A stretch of 12,558 nucleotides of DNA, taken from Octopus sinensis. Taxonomy: Eukaryota. The stretch is from NCBI RefSeq assembly GCF_006345805.1, contig NW_021826540.1, forward strand, positions 1-12,558. Direction: 5' to 3'. Below are positions 9,781 to 12,558 of the stretch, one piece after another. A program made the translations under genes and the position numbers. Numbering within the stretch: position 1 is the stretch's first letter; every line of letters starts with the position of its first letter. The notes under the pieces are model-generated. The model worked only from the letters and a program-made list of their open reading frames with translations. It searched no databases and was not told the DNA's origin.

Positions 9781-9971
9781 TTTTCTTTCATTTCTTTTAC
9801 TTGTTTCGGTCATTTGACTGCGGCCATGCTGGAGCACCACCTTTAGTCGTGCAAATCGACACCAGGACTTATTCTTTGTAAGCCAAGTACTTATTTTATT
9901 GGTCTCTTTAAGCCAAACCGCTAAGTTACAGGGACGTAAACACCTCAATGTCGGATGTCAAGCGATGGTGG

Positions 9972-10043
<72 letters not shown>

Positions 10044-10185
10044 CGACGAGCTTCTTTCAGTTTCCGTCTACCAAATCCACTCACAGGTCTTTAATTGGCC
10101 CGAGGTAAAAGAAGAAGACACTTGCCCAAGGTGCCACGCGAAACCATGTAGTTGGGGGGAAAGCTTCTTACCACATAGCCTCTCT

Positions 10186-10187
<2 letters not shown>
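9781..10187 (-). mobile_element. Bipartite SINE with internal microsatellite, B-box deleted
   Basis: The - strand reads GGCTATGTGGTAAGAAGCTT...CATGGTTTC[deletion]GCGTGGCACCTTGGGCAAGTGTC, then a (TA)n(TG)n(CG)n linker at 9972-10042 and a complete 3' module. Confidence 0.9.
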
Positions 10188-10231
<44 letters not shown>

Positions 10232-10301
10232 GTAAATTGGGAATGGAGTAAAGACTCCCTTCGGTCCTCGAATGACCAAAGATATATATATATATAGAAT
10301 G

Positions 10302-10356
<55 letters not shown>

Positions 10357-10460
10357 CAGATAGATAGACAGATACACACACACACATGTATGTATGTATG
10401 GATCCCTATGCATATATAAATGTGTGTGTGTATGTGTGTGTGTGTGTGTGTGTGTGTATT
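10188..10460. repeat. (TA)n, (GATA)n and (TG)n microsatellites interrupted by a SINE tail fragment
   Basis: Directly visible. Confidence 0.9.
10230..10282 (-). mobile_element. 3' tail fragment of CORE-type SINE, tail type 1
   Basis: The - strand TGGTCATTCGAGGACCGAAGGGAGTCTTTAC...TTTACCC matches the 3' end of 3745-4097. Confidence 0.75.
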
Positions 10461-10552
10461 TGTAAGTGAGCATGCGATCGTGTGCATGTGTGTAGAAGTG
10501 CGTGTGTATGCAAGTGACAGTATGTTTGTGCGCATGTGTTAGTGTTTGTACC

Positions 10553-10677
10553 TTCGCCAATAAAAAAAAAGTACCATACTTAAAATTCCGGGTATCATTT
10601 ATTCGTTTTAACTCTAGAAGGTGGTGCTCCAGCATGGTCTCAGTCCAATGACTGAAACAAGCAAAAGAATAAAAAGT
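10553..10677 (+). mobile_element. Isolated, partly deleted 3' module of the bipartite SINE
   Basis: GAAGGTGGTGCTCCAGCATGGTCTCAGTCCAATGACTGAAACAAGCAAAAGAATAAAA. Confidence 0.8.
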
Positions 10678-10767
10678 GTACAAATATGTTTGCTTCTGTT
10701 GCAAAATCAGCGACTGTACATCGCTTGAAATTGTAAATATTGCGAGCAGACGCGAGCTACTGCTATC

Positions 10768-10847
10768 TCTAGCAGACGAGGTGTCCAGTGCTGAAGAGAG
10801 GCAGAAATAGCTCGAAACCAGGCCGGTCTACTGGTCCCGTCGCTAGA
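10768..10847 (+). ncRNA. Type I hammerhead ribozyme with canonical core and extended stem I
   Basis: Stem I CCAGUG (10785-90) pairs with UACUGG (10829-34). Core CUGAAGA at 10791-97. Stem II GAG/CUC with loop GCAGAAAUAG. GAAA at 10814-17. Stem III AC-C/G-GU with loop AGGCC. Cleavage triplet GUC, predicted cut after 10828. Distal stem I pairs: GG/CC, GACG/CGUC, UCUAGC/GCUAGA. Confidence 0.88.
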
Positions 10848-11048
10848 AGGTGGTAGGGGTTCCCTCCCCTGCTCGCAATACCTCGGATGCAGCTGTGCAT
10901 CGTTAACCAGCTGGAGGGGATGTCCTCTTGGGGGTTAAAAAATCGCAGTAAAGTCCGTTGGGGTTGAAGAGGCTACGAACATTACTTGTTAGTACAACTA
11001 CTGCGTTGATCTCTTAGAGACATTTTAGAACTAGCATTTTGCTTGTTG

Positions 11049-11063
11049 CATACATACATACAT

Positions 11064-11152
<89 letters not shown>

Positions 11153-11233
11153 TGACAGACAGACAGAGAAAGAAAAAGAGAGATGGACTGATATGTAAGA
11201 GTGTGTGTGTGAATGTGTGGGTGGCTGGCTGTA

Positions 11234-11305
<72 letters not shown>
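11049..11305. repeat. (TACA)n/(CA)n/(TA)n and long (CA)n microsatellites
   Basis: Directly visible. The pure (CA)n tract is at about 11238-11304. Confidence 0.96.
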
Positions 11306-11308
<3 letters not shown>

Positions 11309-11347
11309 CAATCCCTAGCCCAAAGTATTTCTGTTGTTCCTTATCAG

Positions 11348-11485
11348 AGTAATAATGTGATTGATGATGTAGAAAAATGGCGACTGTTTTCACAAAGCTT
11401 GTTCCAATGTTTTCGTGTTTTATCCACCAATCCCTGCAAGATCCGGGTTGACGAATCTGAGAAACAGGAAGAAGAAAAAAATTGA
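11348..11485 (+). CDS. Probable terminal coding exon (phase 0): SNNVIDDVEKWRLFSQSLFQCFRVLSTNPCKIRVDESEKQEEEKN*
   Basis: Acceptor atttctgttgttccttatCAG ending at 11347. Phase 0 matches exon 9378-9441. 45 sense codons then TGA at 11483-85. This is the non-repetitive end of ORF 11213..11485. Confidence 0.75.
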   Translation, partial: SNNVIDDVEKWRLFSQSLFQCFRVLSTNPCKIRVDESEKQEEEKN

Positions 11486-11599
11486 AAATTCGTTTGGTTT
11501 AAAATGTTTGACACACACCATCTTCTGGTTTTTAGTTTTACAAACAATGACATAGCAAGGGAGATGGTTGGGGTGGGGGGCGTTGACACTTTGTGCATA

Positions 11600-12225
11600 T
11601 GTCGCATGAGATTGAGAGAGGGGGAGGGAGACGGATGATGACAAACAAAGACTGTATGAGTGAGGGACAATGAAGAGGAAGGGACACATTAAAGAAGCGA
11701 GAAAGAATGAGATGGAGAGAGAAAGAAGAAAGAGAGAGAGGGGGGGGATAAAAGAAGAATGTGAAAAAGAAAGAATGAATGAAAGAGATTGTATGGAGAG
11801 ACAGAGACAATGAAAAGAAGGGGTAAAGATAGTAAGAGAAAGAGAGAGAGAGGGAGAGACAGAGACAGACAGACAGGGAAAGTAAGAGACGCGTGTTGGT
11901 TGTATGAGAGAGAGAAAGAGAGGGAGAGACATCATGAGAAAGATAGAAAGGGAGAGAGTCTAAAAGCGAGGAAAGAGAAAGAAAGAGAGAGAGAGAGAGA
12001 GGAAATAAGAAAGACAGAATGAATAAATGAATGAAGGCGAGGGAGAAAAAGAGAGAGAATTAGAAAGAAAGACGGATACATAATGAGAGAGAGAAAAAGA
12101 AAAAAGTGAAAGAAGCAGAGACAGGCAGAGATTGTATAAGAGAGACCGTCACATAGAGACAGAAAGAGAGAGAGAGAGAGACAGAGACAGACAGAAAGAG
12201 AGAGAGAGAAAGAGAAAGAGAGAGC
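11600..12225. repeat. Long purine-rich (GA/GAAA) low-complexity tract
   Basis: About 600 bp strongly skewed to A and G on the + strand. Confidence 0.9.
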
Positions 12226-12419
12226 TCGTTGTGCATTGGTAGTAATCTTAATGTATCGGTGCAATTTCCACACGAGTTTTTCAGTAAGGATTGTTTCAAC
12301 TCAATTCTTTTATTTTTTGAGAAAAAAATGCCAATGATCAAAGTGAAGGCCTCCAGTGAATAAAAAACCTGAAATATCAAACAGCAGAAGACATTGCAAA
12401 CAAAATGACTGAAGCAGAA

Positions 12420-12558
12420 GACACATACACGTTCACATACACACATGCACACATGCACGCACACACACGCCTACACCCACACCCAAAGAGGCGCGTTCAC
12501 ATTCACGCATTCGTACACGCACGTACATACACAGAAGCCTGTTTACATACATACGTAC
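12420..12558. repeat. Degenerate (CA)n-rich tract
   Basis: Directly visible. Confidence 0.8.

Noticed and set aside
10849-10910. Possible HDV-like ribozyme next to the hammerhead (GGG-TTCCCTC-CCC as P3/L3, GATGCA hairpin as P4)
   Set aside because: P1 length and the P1.1 GG position do not fit the nested double pseudoknot, and J4/2 lacks the C-N-R-A pattern. It is better explained as simple hairpins.
12022-12364. AATAAA candidates for the poly(A) signal (12022 and about 12359)
   Set aside because: They lie in purine-rich low-complexity sequence and cannot be distinguished from background without 3' end data.

Overview
AT-rich, microsatellite-dense animal genomic DNA. The tRNA-derived SINE families and repeat landscape look like octopus or another coleoid cephalopod (recognised from memory, not by search). 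All long ORFs in the supplied track that run through simple repeats are artefacts. Reading splice signals instead gives a phase-consistent chain of four short + strand coding exons (1027-1095, 4860-4920, 9378-9441, 11348-11485 with stop), the C-terminus of a protein I cannot name. The introns hold about 14 SINE copies or fragments from at least four families, several (TA)n-embedded repeat relics, and a Helitron-like end hairpin. The standout feature is an apparently intact, canonical type I hammerhead ribozyme at 10768-10847. It is on the sense strand of the last predicted intron, inside a larger structured CpG-rich element of about 290 nt. A degenerate minimal hammerhead-like motif also lies on the - strand at 1774-1800.
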